Shown piece by piece: positions 17,169 through 27,149 of a stretch of DNA of 52,220 nt. Where the stretch lies: positions 1 through 52,220 of the IMG/VR virus record IMGVR_UViG_3300014962_000011, one strand, 5' to 3'. Source of the stretch: a virus. Taxonomy: Duplodnaviria > Caudoviricetes. A program made the translations under genes and the position numbers. The notes beneath the pieces are model-generated. The model saw only the letters and a list, made by a program, of their open reading frames with translations. It did no database searches and was not told where the DNA came from. How positions within the stretch are numbered: position 1 is the first letter of the stretch; each line of letters starts with the position of its first letter.

Positions 17169-18025
17169 TAGTGTTGTGTGTAGGTTGCGCCTTTTAGGTC
17201 AAAAAACGGGCCGCCGCTAGAGGTGCTATTATACATGTACTCTTCAGATTGAACCTGACCGGGCACAGTGCCTATAAAGTAACTGACGGCCCCTTGCTTG
17301 AAAATGCTGTTGTGCGCTATTACCCTGCTTGTGCCATTATCCTCATACGTGATAACCAGCAATTGACCATTCGCCCATGAACCCGAAGGGGCGGCAAATG
17401 TTACATTTCCCGATTGGGCGGTTATGAATACATATACGGGCTTGTTTATGTCAGCGCTGGTTGATGTTATAGTGTATGTTGAGGCTACTGATACGGACGT
17501 TGTGACCTGTGCTGAGTTAGATGCGGCTGTTATGTCGCCAAGTGTTGCAAACGTGTCTGTAAGCCCCGGCTTATTTGGTAGGTAAATAGATTCATTGCTT
17601 GATATTGCGGATGGCAGTATCGCTATTAGATTTGAGTTTGAGCGGCTTTTCATAAGCCATAGACCTACACCGCTGGTGTTAGTGAATTGCCAGATAGCCT
17701 CGCTGCTCCATGTGCCTGTAATGCCCGTACTATCAATTGCTACTTGTCTTCCTGAGCCTGAGCGACCGAAAGCCGTTTGATATGTTGTGCGCGCTCCGGC
17801 TGCACAAACCGCCTGCAAATCCCACAGGGTAAGATATTTACAAACGCTGTCGATGTTGCCGCCCACGTTAACAGGTGTCACACTATTGGGCGCAGTTTTT
17901 ATCGTTATGGTTGTGTTGTTGGTGCTGCGAAAATTGGTAAGCAGGGAGTTGGTCGTCTGTGCGATTGATGGCACACCCGCTATAACCAACAGTACGCACA
18001 ATATGCGTTTAAGGTAAGGGTACAT
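17168..18025 (-). CDS. signal-peptide-bearing tail-fibre-like protein
   Basis: PSIA|Q; Ser/Thr-rich; C-terminal VTFAAPSG...GQLLVITYEDNGTSRVI domain. Confidence 0.6.
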   Translation of the reverse strand: MYPYLKRILCVLLVIAGVPSIAQTTNSLLTNFRSTNNTTITIKTAPNSVTPVNVGGNIDSVCKYLTLWDLQAVCAAGARTTYQTAFGRSGSGRQVAIDSTGITGTWSSEAIWQFTNTSGVGLWLMKSRSNSNLIAILPSAISSNESIYLPNKPGLTDTFATLGDITAASNSAQVTTSVSVASTYTITSTSADINKPVYVFITAQSGNVTFAAPSGSWANGQLLVITYEDNGTSRVIAHNSIFKQGAVSYFIGTVPGQVQSEEYMYNSTSSGGPFFDLKGATYTQH

Positions 18026-18050
18026 AGTAGAAAGAGTTTATTCGGTTGAA

Positions 18051-18078
18051 CAAATGTAATACTTTCCACGAAACGGAA
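18051..18078 (-). promoter_or_regulatory. late promoter -7 box plus TTCC-N7-GGAA operator
   Basis: TACATTTG on - (18051-18058); TTCCacgaaacGGAA 18064-18078. Confidence 0.55.
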
Positions 18079-18095
18079 AAAATCTATTTTTTGGA

Positions 18096-19115
18096 CTAAA
18101 CGAAAGCGCTGCTGAACTCAGAAGTGAATATCCGGGCGAATGGGTTGTCGCCGGGGTTCGCAATAGCGTTTTGGGATTCAGATACCAGGGCGATGGTCGT
18201 GCTGGCAAAAATCAGTGGAGCAATTTCGCTATCCTTTATCTTCCAAAGGTCGGAAAGGCTCGTTTGGCTTTGCGGGTTAAATACGATATATGGAAAGTCG
18301 TCTATGGTCAATTTATCCGCCAATAGCGCCTCAGTTATCATCTGGAGCATGTAGTAAGGTATTCCAATAGAAACCTCGCCTACTTTGAGCGTAAATGTGC
18401 TTACCTGATCGGTTTTTATCTGCACTTGGCTATATGACTGTTTGACATACCCCACATTGATAACCTTCGGCACGAATACGCTGACCAATGCCTCGCATCG
18501 TTGGTAAAACACCGCAGAGTATGGGTCTGAGTTGAATGGAAAATCGTTGTACCAGCCGCCGATAATGATGTTTTTACGGGCTACGTTGCTATTATAAGTG
18601 AAGGTGAATAGCATTGTGTCCGGGTGGTCTGTGGCTATATTCAGTGGCTCACTCCAATAGCTCAAAGTATCTTCGCCAGTCATTTCATTATCACATCGTA
18701 TGTAGTAAAATTCGCCGTCTACAATGTCCGTAAACGCTGATGGTGTAAATGAAAATAGATAGCTATTTAGCGGGTATGAAGTGCCCGTGCTTACCGCCGT
18801 CCATGTGTTCCCGGCAAGTGACTGGCCGCCCTTAAAATACGGCGCTACATTCAGGTCTATGGTGGATATTTCCTGCTGGTATTTATCACACAGATAGAGC
18901 TTTGCAATGCTGCTGCCACCCTGCACATGAACCATTATCGTTATTGTGTCATTAAGCCCTATTTTCTGGTAGTATTGCTGCGCTGGCTGCCAGTCCTGTA
19001 TAGTTAGCCCATACACCGCCTGACCTAGTATTTGCAGGCCTTTCGGCACGTCTCTATCACGGCTTATCTTCACCGAATTTGATAGCGGGAATATAGTTAT
19101 CCTCTGCGCAGGCAT
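18096..19115 (-). CDS. tail/baseplate structural protein
   Basis: Position after the tail genes; beta-rich composition. Confidence 0.6.
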   Translation of the reverse strand: MPAQRITIFPLSNSVKISRDRDVPKGLQILGQAVYGLTIQDWQPAQQYYQKIGLNDTITIMVHVQGGSSIAKLYLCDKYQQEISTIDLNVAPYFKGGQSLAGNTWTAVSTGTSYPLNSYLFSFTPSAFTDIVDGEFYYIRCDNEMTGEDTLSYWSEPLNIATDHPDTMLFTFTYNSNVARKNIIIGGWYNDFPFNSDPYSAVFYQRCEALVSVFVPKVINVGYVKQSYSQVQIKTDQVSTFTLKVGEVSIGIPYYMLQMITEALLADKLTIDDFPYIVFNPQSQTSLSDLWKIKDSEIAPLIFASTTIALVSESQNAIANPGDNPFARIFTSEFSSAFV

Positions 19116-19153
19116 TTAGAAAAGGGTTTGGTCTCACGAAGATAGGAATTGTT

Positions 19154-19250
19154 TTCCAAAAAATGGAAAAAGGACGGTAGAAACCGCCCTAACCTATAAA
19201 ACCTATCATGAGTCAATCGGTGCAAAGATACTAAATTCCGGAAAATGGAA
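19154..19250 (-). promoter_or_regulatory. two TTCC-N7-GGAA operators, promoter and terminator defining a ~50-nt RNA
   Basis: Sites 19154-19168 and 19236-19250; TATCTTTG on - at 19223-19230; hairpin ggacggt-agaa-accgccc 19172-19189 with a U tract. Confidence 0.55.
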
Positions 19251-19347
19251 AAGCCCAGCAAGTGCTTTTGCTGGGCTTGATGTTAGTTAGAGGCTAACGG
19301 TTGTATTAGGAGGATACAAAGGTATGTTATTTATTTCAATTGCAAAC
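19247..19347 (-). ncRNA. candidate ~60-nt small RNA with consensus promoter
   Basis: TTTG (19344-19347), 19-nt spacer, TACCTTTG (19317-19324); terminator aagcccagcaa...ttgctgggctt 19251-19278. Confidence 0.45.
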
Positions 19348-19799
19348 ATAGGAGGGTTACTCCCTTGCAACCCCTATAAATAGAGTCCGAAGGCTTCCGC
19401 TGTTTGAATAGACTTGGCTATTTGCTCACAGCTTCCTGCTCTGTCTTACCTGTCGCCTCCCATGCGAGTGTTGAAGTTGTTACGGGAACTTTTGCAAGTC
19501 GTTAGTTGCCCCCTCTAAAGCATTGCTAACACTGGTTACTTCAACAATTCTTTCTGTTGTGCCAACCGGCCTGTGAAGGCTCTAAACACACAGTTTCTTA
19601 AGATCAAAGCTAAACTTTCATTTTGCAAATGAAGCACCATTTGCGCGGAGTCAAACATACTTAAGACCGCTTTACAGCACAAATTTACCACATATACAGC
19701 GCGTGCGCGCGATAATATGCAAAAAGTTATCCACAATTTATATAGCTACCGTAAATTAATTTTTGGCCCGGCATTTGCTATATTTACAAAAATCACCTT

Positions 19800-20099
19800 A
19801 TGAGCAACGACGGTAAAATTCAATTCGGCGTGATAATGTTAGTGGTAGGCATAATCATTGGCATATACGCCTTTTTCTTTTTCGATGTAAGTGTATCATC
19901 ATACTATTCTAGCGGCACGGCTAATATGGACTTACTGAATCGGAGGACTTGCTTAATGATAGCGGCTGCCGCTCTATTTATTAGCGGGGCTGTTATGAGT
20001 TCATCCACAAATAATGATAGGCTTTATTCTATCGATGTAAAAATAGATACCATAACTTCAATTTTGACAAAGATTATATCAAACAAAAAAGAAGATTAA
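19800..20099 (+). CDS. membrane protein (moron)
   Basis: Two TM segments; opposite strand to the surrounding tail operon. Confidence 0.65.
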   Translation: MSNDGKIQFGVIMLVVGIIIGIYAFFFFDVSVSSYYSSGTANMDLLNRRTCLMIAAAALFISGAVMSSSTNNDRLYSIDVKIDTITSILTKIISNKKED

Positions 20100-20101
20100 C
20101 C

Positions 20102-20569
20102 ATGAAAAAATTTCTCCTTTTATTCGTAATCATCGCGGCTGTGAGCTGCAATAAGAAAGATAACAAGCGCGCAACTACGCTATCGCTCACCGCTGCTGCC
20201 AGTGATATGGGTTTGCTGTTTGAGCATAAGTACGCTATGGTATTGTACAGCGGAAGTGGCATAATGGATGCTGATAGCATTACATTTCACGCTGACAGCA
20301 CTATAACGGAAAAGCTATACAACGACAGCTCACATACTTACGTAACGACCCCCACGGTAGATGTTCACCCGTCCGCAAGGAATAATACGGCAATTAGAAT
20401 TTCCAGACCAGCTACATCATCCGGCTTTGGATTGCTAAACAACTACACAGGGGATACTGTTAATTTTGCTTATGTAGGATTTTATACAAGCGGGCCTATA
20501 TTTAACATTGGCAATAAGGCTACATTGGGCATTATGCTATCTAACAACAAATACGCGATACTTTACTAA
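20102..20569 (+). CDS. lipoprotein (moron, candidate superinfection exclusion)
   Basis: MKKFLLLFVIIAAVSC lipobox followed by NKKDNK; opposite strand to the tail genes. Confidence 0.7.
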   Translation: MKKFLLLFVIIAAVSCNKKDNKRATTLSLTAAASDMGLLFEHKYAMVLYSGSGIMDADSITFHADSTITEKLYNDSSHTYVTTPTVDVHPSARNNTAIRISRPATSSGFGLLNNYTGDTVNFAYVGFYTSGPIFNIGNKATLGIMLSNNKYAILY

Positions 20570-23169
20570 ACCACAGTATCCGGCGTTATCCATCCATAAA
20601 ACTCCGTAGCTGATCCGTCAGCAACCTGCACCGCTTTGTAGATAAAGAACCTGTATTCTGTTGTGGTGTAGCCTACTTCTTTCCATAAAAAGCGCACATA
20701 CCCTTTTGGGTCATTGCCAAACAGCTCATACATATTTACCGGGTATTTAGAGCGCACGCGGATAATGCTGTCACCAAATAATCTATCCGGCAAATCACCA
20801 ATGCGTATGTCTGAAAATTCAGTGTATGGTGTTGCGGATGCCCCTACATCTAGGTTGCTGGATATGCCAACAGGCGTAAAGGGCTGGTTATTTAGCTGAA
20901 TAATAGTGTTGTTCCTAAAGGTCAGGTATTCGTCATCCATATTGCTCAACACACTGCGAATAATAGGGCCATTGCGATAGATATTTCTGCATGGCGATAG
21001 CGGTATGTTTATAGCTGTATCTGGATAATAAAGGCCCGCAACGTATGGAGCGGTTGCCGCTGTCGGGTCTGTGCTCTGTGCGTTGCTGTATTTTTTTATT
21101 GCGTATGCAAAGCCGCCTATCGGATTGTTTTCGGGGTCATAAATCTGCACCAACTTGCCATTAACCATAGCTGGCAACTCAAAAGACTGTTCACTTTCCA
21201 TGTACAGTGCGACAACCTTGTCATTTGCTGATGGCTTGCCCGCGTCATATACCGCCGTCACATTCTGCGTCACCTGCTGCTGACGAATGAACTCAGTTTC
21301 ATACATGCCACATACAATGCCTGTTTCCTGCATATCCATAGTACCAGGTACTGCGACAGCAGGGGTGTCAAACTCTTCCTCTGTATTAAATTCGTCAACC
21401 CCGAAATTACTGTTGGTATCAGCTCGATTATAACCGGCTTTAAGTTGCGCTCCTATACCATCCGTCATTTGCTGTATCTCAAATTCTGTTACATCATAAC
21501 CCAAATCAAGTATCATAGTATTTGGGAAGAAGTAGCCGAAATTTTCAATCCTGAATGTATCGCCTTCTATGGCTCCGGCGCACCCTGCAACAGTTTTGCA
21601 AAAGTTGAAAAGCTCGTTAAATGATATAGCCATATAGCTACGCCCTTGCAAATTCTGCAAGGTGTATGAAGATGTAAGCAATATATTAAACGGTACTACA
21701 TCAGCAACCGGCGCAGCTTCATCGTTGAACAGGTATTCGCTAAGCCCGGTATATGGCGTTGCAACTGGCACGGGGAATCCCCAATCATCTGACCGGGTTG
21801 TTGCCAACATTGGGACTATCTTTTGCAATACCTGATAAAGCCTATATCCCATAAAAACAGACGGGGGAAATGAGGGGGCTTGGATTGGTGTGCCGCTTGA
21901 CCCGCTGTCGTAGTTTGACAGGAAAGAAAATTGTAGGTTTGAAAACTCTAAATTTAACTGCGTTCCCTGCGCAATACCTGCGTCGTCATCGAATATTAGC
22001 GCAAATACATAAACCTTATTATAGCTTAGTGTAGTTGTAATTGTTTCAGATATTGTGCCTCCGGGGGTAGATGCGCCGGTTAAATACCATTTATAAATAG
22101 TGGTATATGTGTAGTTGCTTCCAGACATTACGGGTTTATCGTCGGTGCCTATTTCAAAAAGTACAAATCCCAAAAAAGGGTTTGTAGACGGTGCGGCGCC
22201 GGTAATCTCCATTGTACCAGGTATAGTAGCCTGTACCTGCACGGACATTTCTATACTGCCAGAACCCGTTGGCAATATATTTTTTAAACTAAACCTGTTT
22301 GTTGTATATGGCTTACTGTTGTTGTCTCCATTAAAATCCCGCTCGTTAGCTCCCGGCTGTGATGGAACCGGCCCCGGCTTATCGCTTCCATTCGCTTGAT
22401 TGCCAGTTATTAAAAATGGGGTTAGAATTGTATTGCCGACATAAGTGGTACTGCCGTCTTTTTGCACTGGCGTATACGGCGACAAATATGGAATTGTGTG
22501 ATACCCGTCATCAGGCGCGTCAAAATGCTTCCCATGATTAAATCCAAGCAACTCACGCCCATTTATCTGCGCATAAACCAAAGTGTCATCTGGCGTTGCA
22601 CTACTAATAAACGTCGCATTATACAGCAGCTTTATCCCCTCATGCACGCCAAACTTTGCATCTGTAAGCCAATCATCCAAATCGCTGTCATACGTCCAAT
22701 AGGGTATTTTGAACTTGGTATTGCCCCTTGCCTGTATCTGCTGTATCAACTCACTATCGAGGGTTGATATTTCCAGAATTTGATTCATCTGGTTATCGAG
22801 GTAGGTACGGAAATCCAACAACGTTTGATACCATATGTCATACTCAAAAGTTGATTCGTTCCATATCCATATTTTCAGGTTGCCATATCCGCGTATGCCT
22901 GCCTGACGGCGTATATACTGAATGATGGCCCGAGCATCTTTGCTAAATTTAAACGCTCCATTTGAAGACTGCGAGCGAAATACGCCCAAGTATTCCGGGT
23001 GCCGGTTCCACTCAATGTTGATAGTTTGCCAGTCCTGCGGTAACGTAGATAAATATGTCTTGGTGGTAGTTGTGGTTACAGACCATGTGGCGGATTGTTG
23101 CAACGTAGCAACATAGTAGTTGCCGTCACGATCCTGCAGGGTCATTTCAAATTGACTATTATATGCCAT
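20566..23169 (-). CDS. large tail tip / baseplate hub protein
   Basis: 867 aa directly after the tape measure gene. Confidence 0.65.
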   Translation of the reverse strand: MAYNSQFEMTLQDRDGNYYVATLQQSATWSVTTTTTKTYLSTLPQDWQTINIEWNRHPEYLGVFRSQSSNGAFKFSKDARAIIQYIRRQAGIRGYGNLKIWIWNESTFEYDIWYQTLLDFRTYLDNQMNQILEISTLDSELIQQIQARGNTKFKIPYWTYDSDLDDWLTDAKFGVHEGIKLLYNATFISSATPDDTLVYAQINGRELLGFNHGKHFDAPDDGYHTIPYLSPYTPVQKDGSTTYVGNTILTPFLITGNQANGSDKPGPVPSQPGANERDFNGDNNSKPYTTNRFSLKNILPTGSGSIEMSVQVQATIPGTMEITGAAPSTNPFLGFVLFEIGTDDKPVMSGSNYTYTTIYKWYLTGASTPGGTISETITTTLSYNKVYVFALIFDDDAGIAQGTQLNLEFSNLQFSFLSNYDSGSSGTPIQAPSFPPSVFMGYRLYQVLQKIVPMLATTRSDDWGFPVPVATPYTGLSEYLFNDEAAPVADVVPFNILLTSSYTLQNLQGRSYMAISFNELFNFCKTVAGCAGAIEGDTFRIENFGYFFPNTMILDLGYDVTEFEIQQMTDGIGAQLKAGYNRADTNSNFGVDEFNTEEEFDTPAVAVPGTMDMQETGIVCGMYETEFIRQQQVTQNVTAVYDAGKPSANDKVVALYMESEQSFELPAMVNGKLVQIYDPENNPIGGFAYAIKKYSNAQSTDPTAATAPYVAGLYYPDTAINIPLSPCRNIYRNGPIIRSVLSNMDDEYLTFRNNTIIQLNNQPFTPVGISSNLDVGASATPYTEFSDIRIGDLPDRLFGDSIIRVRSKYPVNMYELFGNDPKGYVRFLWKEVGYTTTEYRFFIYKAVQVADGSATEFYGWITPDTVV

Positions 23170-23174
23170 AGGGT

Positions 23175-26100
23175 TTATCTTTTAACTCTGAACTGTAAAT
23201 TTTGCTGCGTCCTTACTGCGTCTACATATGCCTGTGAGACGTTGGGTATCTGTGGCCTGCTGCCATACATAGCCCTTACCATATCGTCGCCAACATCTTC
23301 AAACTTGTTGCCTATATACTTTGTAAGTTCCTTCATGATGGCTCCGTCATTTACCGGGTTGACCATAGGCTGGGTAATGAACATACGGGCCGCCGCCGCC
23401 TGTAAAATGCGGGTTGTTTCCTCTGCTGTATTGATTTTAGTACCAATAGGCATTTTATAAATACCCCTCTTTTCGGCTATGGTCATGCTGCCATCTGGTG
23501 CGGTCATAAGCTCTGCACCTTTTTCGCCCGCGACAAAGTGCTCTGTTGTAGTTGTACCGCCTTTGGCAAATTCGGGCAGTGGAGCGGATGCCGCCGCCGC
23601 ATATTGTACCGCTCCCGTGGCCGCCAGTAACGCCGCAATAGGCACAGCAACAGGGTAAGGAAAATCAACGAACGCCTTTATGATGGCAACGGCTGTATTT
23701 GCTATGATAGAGCTTTCTGCCGCCTGCTTTTGGGCTTTAGCCGCCTTCAATGCCAGCGCATTAGATTTAGCCTGCAATTCGGCTTCTTTTGCCTGTGCCT
23801 GAGCCAATACCTGCTGCTTTTCATTTGCCTTATCAATGGCATAACCCGTAGTAGCATCAATAGCCCTTAACTTTTGGTCTGTGTCATTGCGTAGTGTTTC
23901 CTGTTCGCGCTGGATTTGATTTTGCTCCGACTGTATTCTCTGCTGTGTAGCCTGTGCCTCCGCTTGTATTACTTCCTGAATGAGATTTACCGCCAAATCT
24001 CGGATATGGCGCATGTCATCTTCCTTCTTTCGCCTTATTGCGTCGTCACTATTTGCAATGGCCAGCTCATATTCCTTTTGTTGGCGAATTAGGTCATCGT
24101 ACACCTGCTGGCTCAATGCTACTTGCTTATCAGCTTCCTCTTTGTAGTCTGGAGATAATGGCCCGGATGCATTTTCTTTTGCCTTTTGCAATGCCGCCGC
24201 CGCGCCCGGAATCTGCTGATTCACCCCGTTTAGTCCTATTTGCGCCTGATTCCTATTGTTGCGCTGGTCTTCTATGAATGTTGCATAATCCCTCGTTGCG
24301 GAATTTCCGCCGCCCGACACGATTGATATGAGGCGCTCCAAATGGCCTATATCAGCATTGGTAGACAATGACCGTGTAGCTTCTATTACTTTTGCCGATA
24401 TCTTATTAAAATAATCCTCGGCTAGTTTTAATCTCTGCTTGTATGCATCCCGGTCAATTTGCTTCAATTTTTCGTCCTGCTGGCGCTGCGCCTCAATGAT
24501 CTGGTTGCTATCAGTTATGGTCGCTGCCATTCCCCGGAACTGCGCCTCTAAGGCTTCCTTTTTTGCTTTGGTTTGCAAGTCTATTGCCGCCGCCGATTGT
24601 TCATAGCTAGGAATGCCAAATGCAGCGTTGCTACTAGCTAAATCCGCAGCGCCTTGCAATAGTCCTACGCCGGTCTTTTGATTCCTGGAGTATTCATCTC
24701 GCGAAAATTCATATTCTGCGTTCTTGCGCTCCTGTTCGCCTATTGCCTTGAGCAGATTGAGTAATTTGTCGTAAGCCTGAATATTCTTATCAGTATAGCC
24801 TAGATTGTTTTCGTCTGTCACAGACAGCCTGTATATCTCTCGATTCTTACTGATTTCATCCGTTAAAGCCTTGTATTTCGCCCGGGTGTCTGCAACTATC
24901 TTGTCAACACTTGCTACATCCTCCTTCTCAGTCTCTTGGCGTAGTTGCTCCCGAGTAGCCGAAAGTTCCTTTTGCAGCTCTTTTTCTTTCTGATTCATTA
25001 GCCTGTTGCGATTTTCTACAAAGGCTACTATGGCATTCTGTGTGGCGGCTTCCGTTTCTGTTATCTGCTTTTCTATTGCCTTGCCGTCTGCAACATTCTG
25101 ATTTCTGATGTCATCTATTATCTTTTCTAAGTTCGTGCCAGCCTTAACTGCATCATTAAATTGCTTTTCTATGCCCTTAATTACCGATTCAGGTAGGTTG
25201 CCTTGCATTCGTAGGTATTTTGGCAAATTGGCCCTATCCCCCTCCGCATACGCAAGCGCAGAGCCAATATCCTGACTGATATCCAGCTTCTTTTTAAGTA
25301 GCTTTATTTCTGCCTCCCGGCGCTCGTTTCCTGCGTCCAATACCTCCTTTTCGTGCTCATAAACTGCGTCGTTTACAACTCCAATAGATTTTATCAATTC
25401 CTCTTTACGCTTCAGCCCATCTACCGTATTTGCTTCTATGGCTTTCAGTATTTCTACATTACTTATCGCAGCAAGATTCAGCGTTTTTTGTAACTCTTGA
25501 AGTTTTGTAACTTGGTCAATAACACTTTCAAATGCGGAGGAAAGATTTTTTGCCGCCTCAGCAGTTTTGTTTATACCTTCCTCTGTTTTAAATAGGTCTT
25601 TACCAAATATTTCAAAGGCGGCGTAAGCCAATACAAAAATGTTGGTAAAGTCAAAAAATGACGTTGCAAGTATCTTTAATGCTTTGCCGGTGCTCCCAAC
25701 CTCCGCCCTAAGTATCTTGAATTGGTCAAACAGCCCAGCGAAGTTGTTGGATAATGCCGATAGCCCGGTCTGTATCCCATTTGCAAATGCGGGCGCTTCA
25801 CGTATGAGCTGCGATAGGGCCAATGTTGCATTTTGGTACTGTCCTACTTTCCGCTGATGCCTGCCAACAGATTCCTCAATCTTCACTAGCTGGGTGTTCA
25901 TATCCCTAGCCTTAATAATGAATTTTTGAGCCTCTGCGCTGTCTACACCATACGCAGCCGCCAGCCGCATTGCCTCTTTGGCTGTATCGTTGTAGTTCTT
26001 CTTTAAAACCTCATATTCATCGTTTAGCTTACGCGCTTTTTCCTGTTCGCGCTGCAATAGCTTATCATTAAGATCCTTTTGCTTTTGCAGTTTAATGAGC

Positions 26101-26543
26101 TGCTGTATTTCCTCTGCTTTGGCTTTATTTCGCTCCCTAGTGTTTTTTATTTCTAATGCATCCGCCTTTGCGTTTTCTTGCTTCGCCTTAGCGCTCTGCA
26201 CCTCCACCTGCTCCAGTTGCTTCATCACGCCCACCAGATCCTTAGTGCTGCCATTGTGCTGCGCTTTTAATGCTGCTGCTCTCGCTTCAAGTTCATTGGC
26301 CTCCCGCGTAGCATTACCCAGCTTCAAAAGATTACCCTGAAGGTCTACAATGGTATTGCTGGCATTCTGAACCTGTTTCTGCCATTCGTTGATGTTGGTA
26401 ACTCCCTGTACATCGACCTTAAAGCTCAGAGCCTTAGAACTACCCTCGGCAATCTTGCCAACTACTTCGTCGATGGCCTTTAGCACTTTCGCTTTATCAG
26501 CCTCAATCTGCTCGACCCCAAATATTTTACTAATGTCCTCCAT
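23175..26543 (-). CDS. tape measure protein
   Basis: 1122 aa, Ala/Gln/Glu/Lys coiled coil, GRHQRKVGQY, C-terminal hydrophobic helices and FAKGG...AGEKGAEL. Confidence 0.85.
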   Translation of the reverse strand: MEDISKIFGVEQIEADKAKVLKAIDEVVGKIAEGSSKALSFKVDVQGVTNINEWQKQVQNASNTIVDLQGNLLKLGNATREANELEARAAALKAQHNGSTKDLVGVMKQLEQVEVQSAKAKQENAKADALEIKNTRERNKAKAEEIQQLIKLQKQKDLNDKLLQREQEKARKLNDEYEVLKKNYNDTAKEAMRLAAAYGVDSAEAQKFIIKARDMNTQLVKIEESVGRHQRKVGQYQNATLALSQLIREAPAFANGIQTGLSALSNNFAGLFDQFKILRAEVGSTGKALKILATSFFDFTNIFVLAYAAFEIFGKDLFKTEEGINKTAEAAKNLSSAFESVIDQVTKLQELQKTLNLAAISNVEILKAIEANTVDGLKRKEELIKSIGVVNDAVYEHEKEVLDAGNERREAEIKLLKKKLDISQDIGSALAYAEGDRANLPKYLRMQGNLPESVIKGIEKQFNDAVKAGTNLEKIIDDIRNQNVADGKAIEKQITETEAATQNAIVAFVENRNRLMNQKEKELQKELSATREQLRQETEKEDVASVDKIVADTRAKYKALTDEISKNREIYRLSVTDENNLGYTDKNIQAYDKLLNLLKAIGEQERKNAEYEFSRDEYSRNQKTGVGLLQGAADLASSNAAFGIPSYEQSAAAIDLQTKAKKEALEAQFRGMAATITDSNQIIEAQRQQDEKLKQIDRDAYKQRLKLAEDYFNKISAKVIEATRSLSTNADIGHLERLISIVSGGGNSATRDYATFIEDQRNNRNQAQIGLNGVNQQIPGAAAALQKAKENASGPLSPDYKEEADKQVALSQQVYDDLIRQQKEYELAIANSDDAIRRKKEDDMRHIRDLAVNLIQEVIQAEAQATQQRIQSEQNQIQREQETLRNDTDQKLRAIDATTGYAIDKANEKQQVLAQAQAKEAELQAKSNALALKAAKAQKQAAESSIIANTAVAIIKAFVDFPYPVAVPIAALLAATGAVQYAAAASAPLPEFAKGGTTTTEHFVAGEKGAELMTAPDGSMTIAEKRGIYKMPIGTKINTAEETTRILQAAAARMFITQPMVNPVNDGAIMKELTKYIGNKFEDVGDDMVRAMYGSRPQIPNVSQAYVDAVRTQQNLQFRVKR

Positions 26544-27138
26544 TGCGCGCTTTTTGTAACTGTAAATTATCCGCGTACTTCGCCAGCCTTTTCTCTGCGA
26601 CTGCCAGCTCCAGTACGCTCATTGTATTTATGCTGTATGCAACCCCTTCCACATGGTTTATGTCGAAAATCAGGTTAGTGATGGCTGCGTGTCTTTGCTC
26701 TTTGGTCTGCTTTGCTGTGGTGGTGTTCTTTTTCTCCCAATCTTCCAGCCTTTTAGTCAACCTGCTATATTTCAGGTCATACGACAATTCGCCGCGCCGT
26801 ATCATTTCTAAGTCATTATCCAGCGTTTCCGGTGTGTATTGGTATGGGTATAGCTTGCGTAGAATGTCGGCTATCCTATGGTCATATTGCAGGCTGATAG
26901 CCTCTGTAAGAACGGCGAGAACATTGCGGCGAACCTCTATAACGGTCATTTCAGTACCGATGCGCATCCGCTCGATCATTACCTCGTCACCCTTAGCCTC
27001 ATAGTATTGAGCTAAAAGGTCGTTAAGCCTGTTTTGTATCTCACGTGGCTCACCATCGCCTAGGCAGCTGTAATTTTCATAGATGGTGCATTGAATGAAG
27101 TCTTTGACCGTCCATTCAGATATAGAAGTAGGGTACAT
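26530..27138 (-). CDS. tail assembly chaperone-like protein
   Basis: Helical protein immediately upstream of the tape measure gene. Confidence 0.5.
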   Translation of the reverse strand: MYPTSISEWTVKDFIQCTIYENYSCLGDGEPREIQNRLNDLLAQYYEAKGDEVMIERMRIGTEMTVIEVRRNVLAVLTEAISLQYDHRIADILRKLYPYQYTPETLDNDLEMIRRGELSYDLKYSRLTKRLEDWEKKNTTTAKQTKEQRHAAITNLIFDINHVEGVAYSINTMSVLELAVAEKRLAKYADNLQLQKARNGGH

Positions 27139-27149
27139 AGTGATAGTTT

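Noticed and set aside
19727-19735. Perfect DnaA box TTATCCACA
   Set aside because: Single copy; roughly 0.4 expected by chance in 52 kb.
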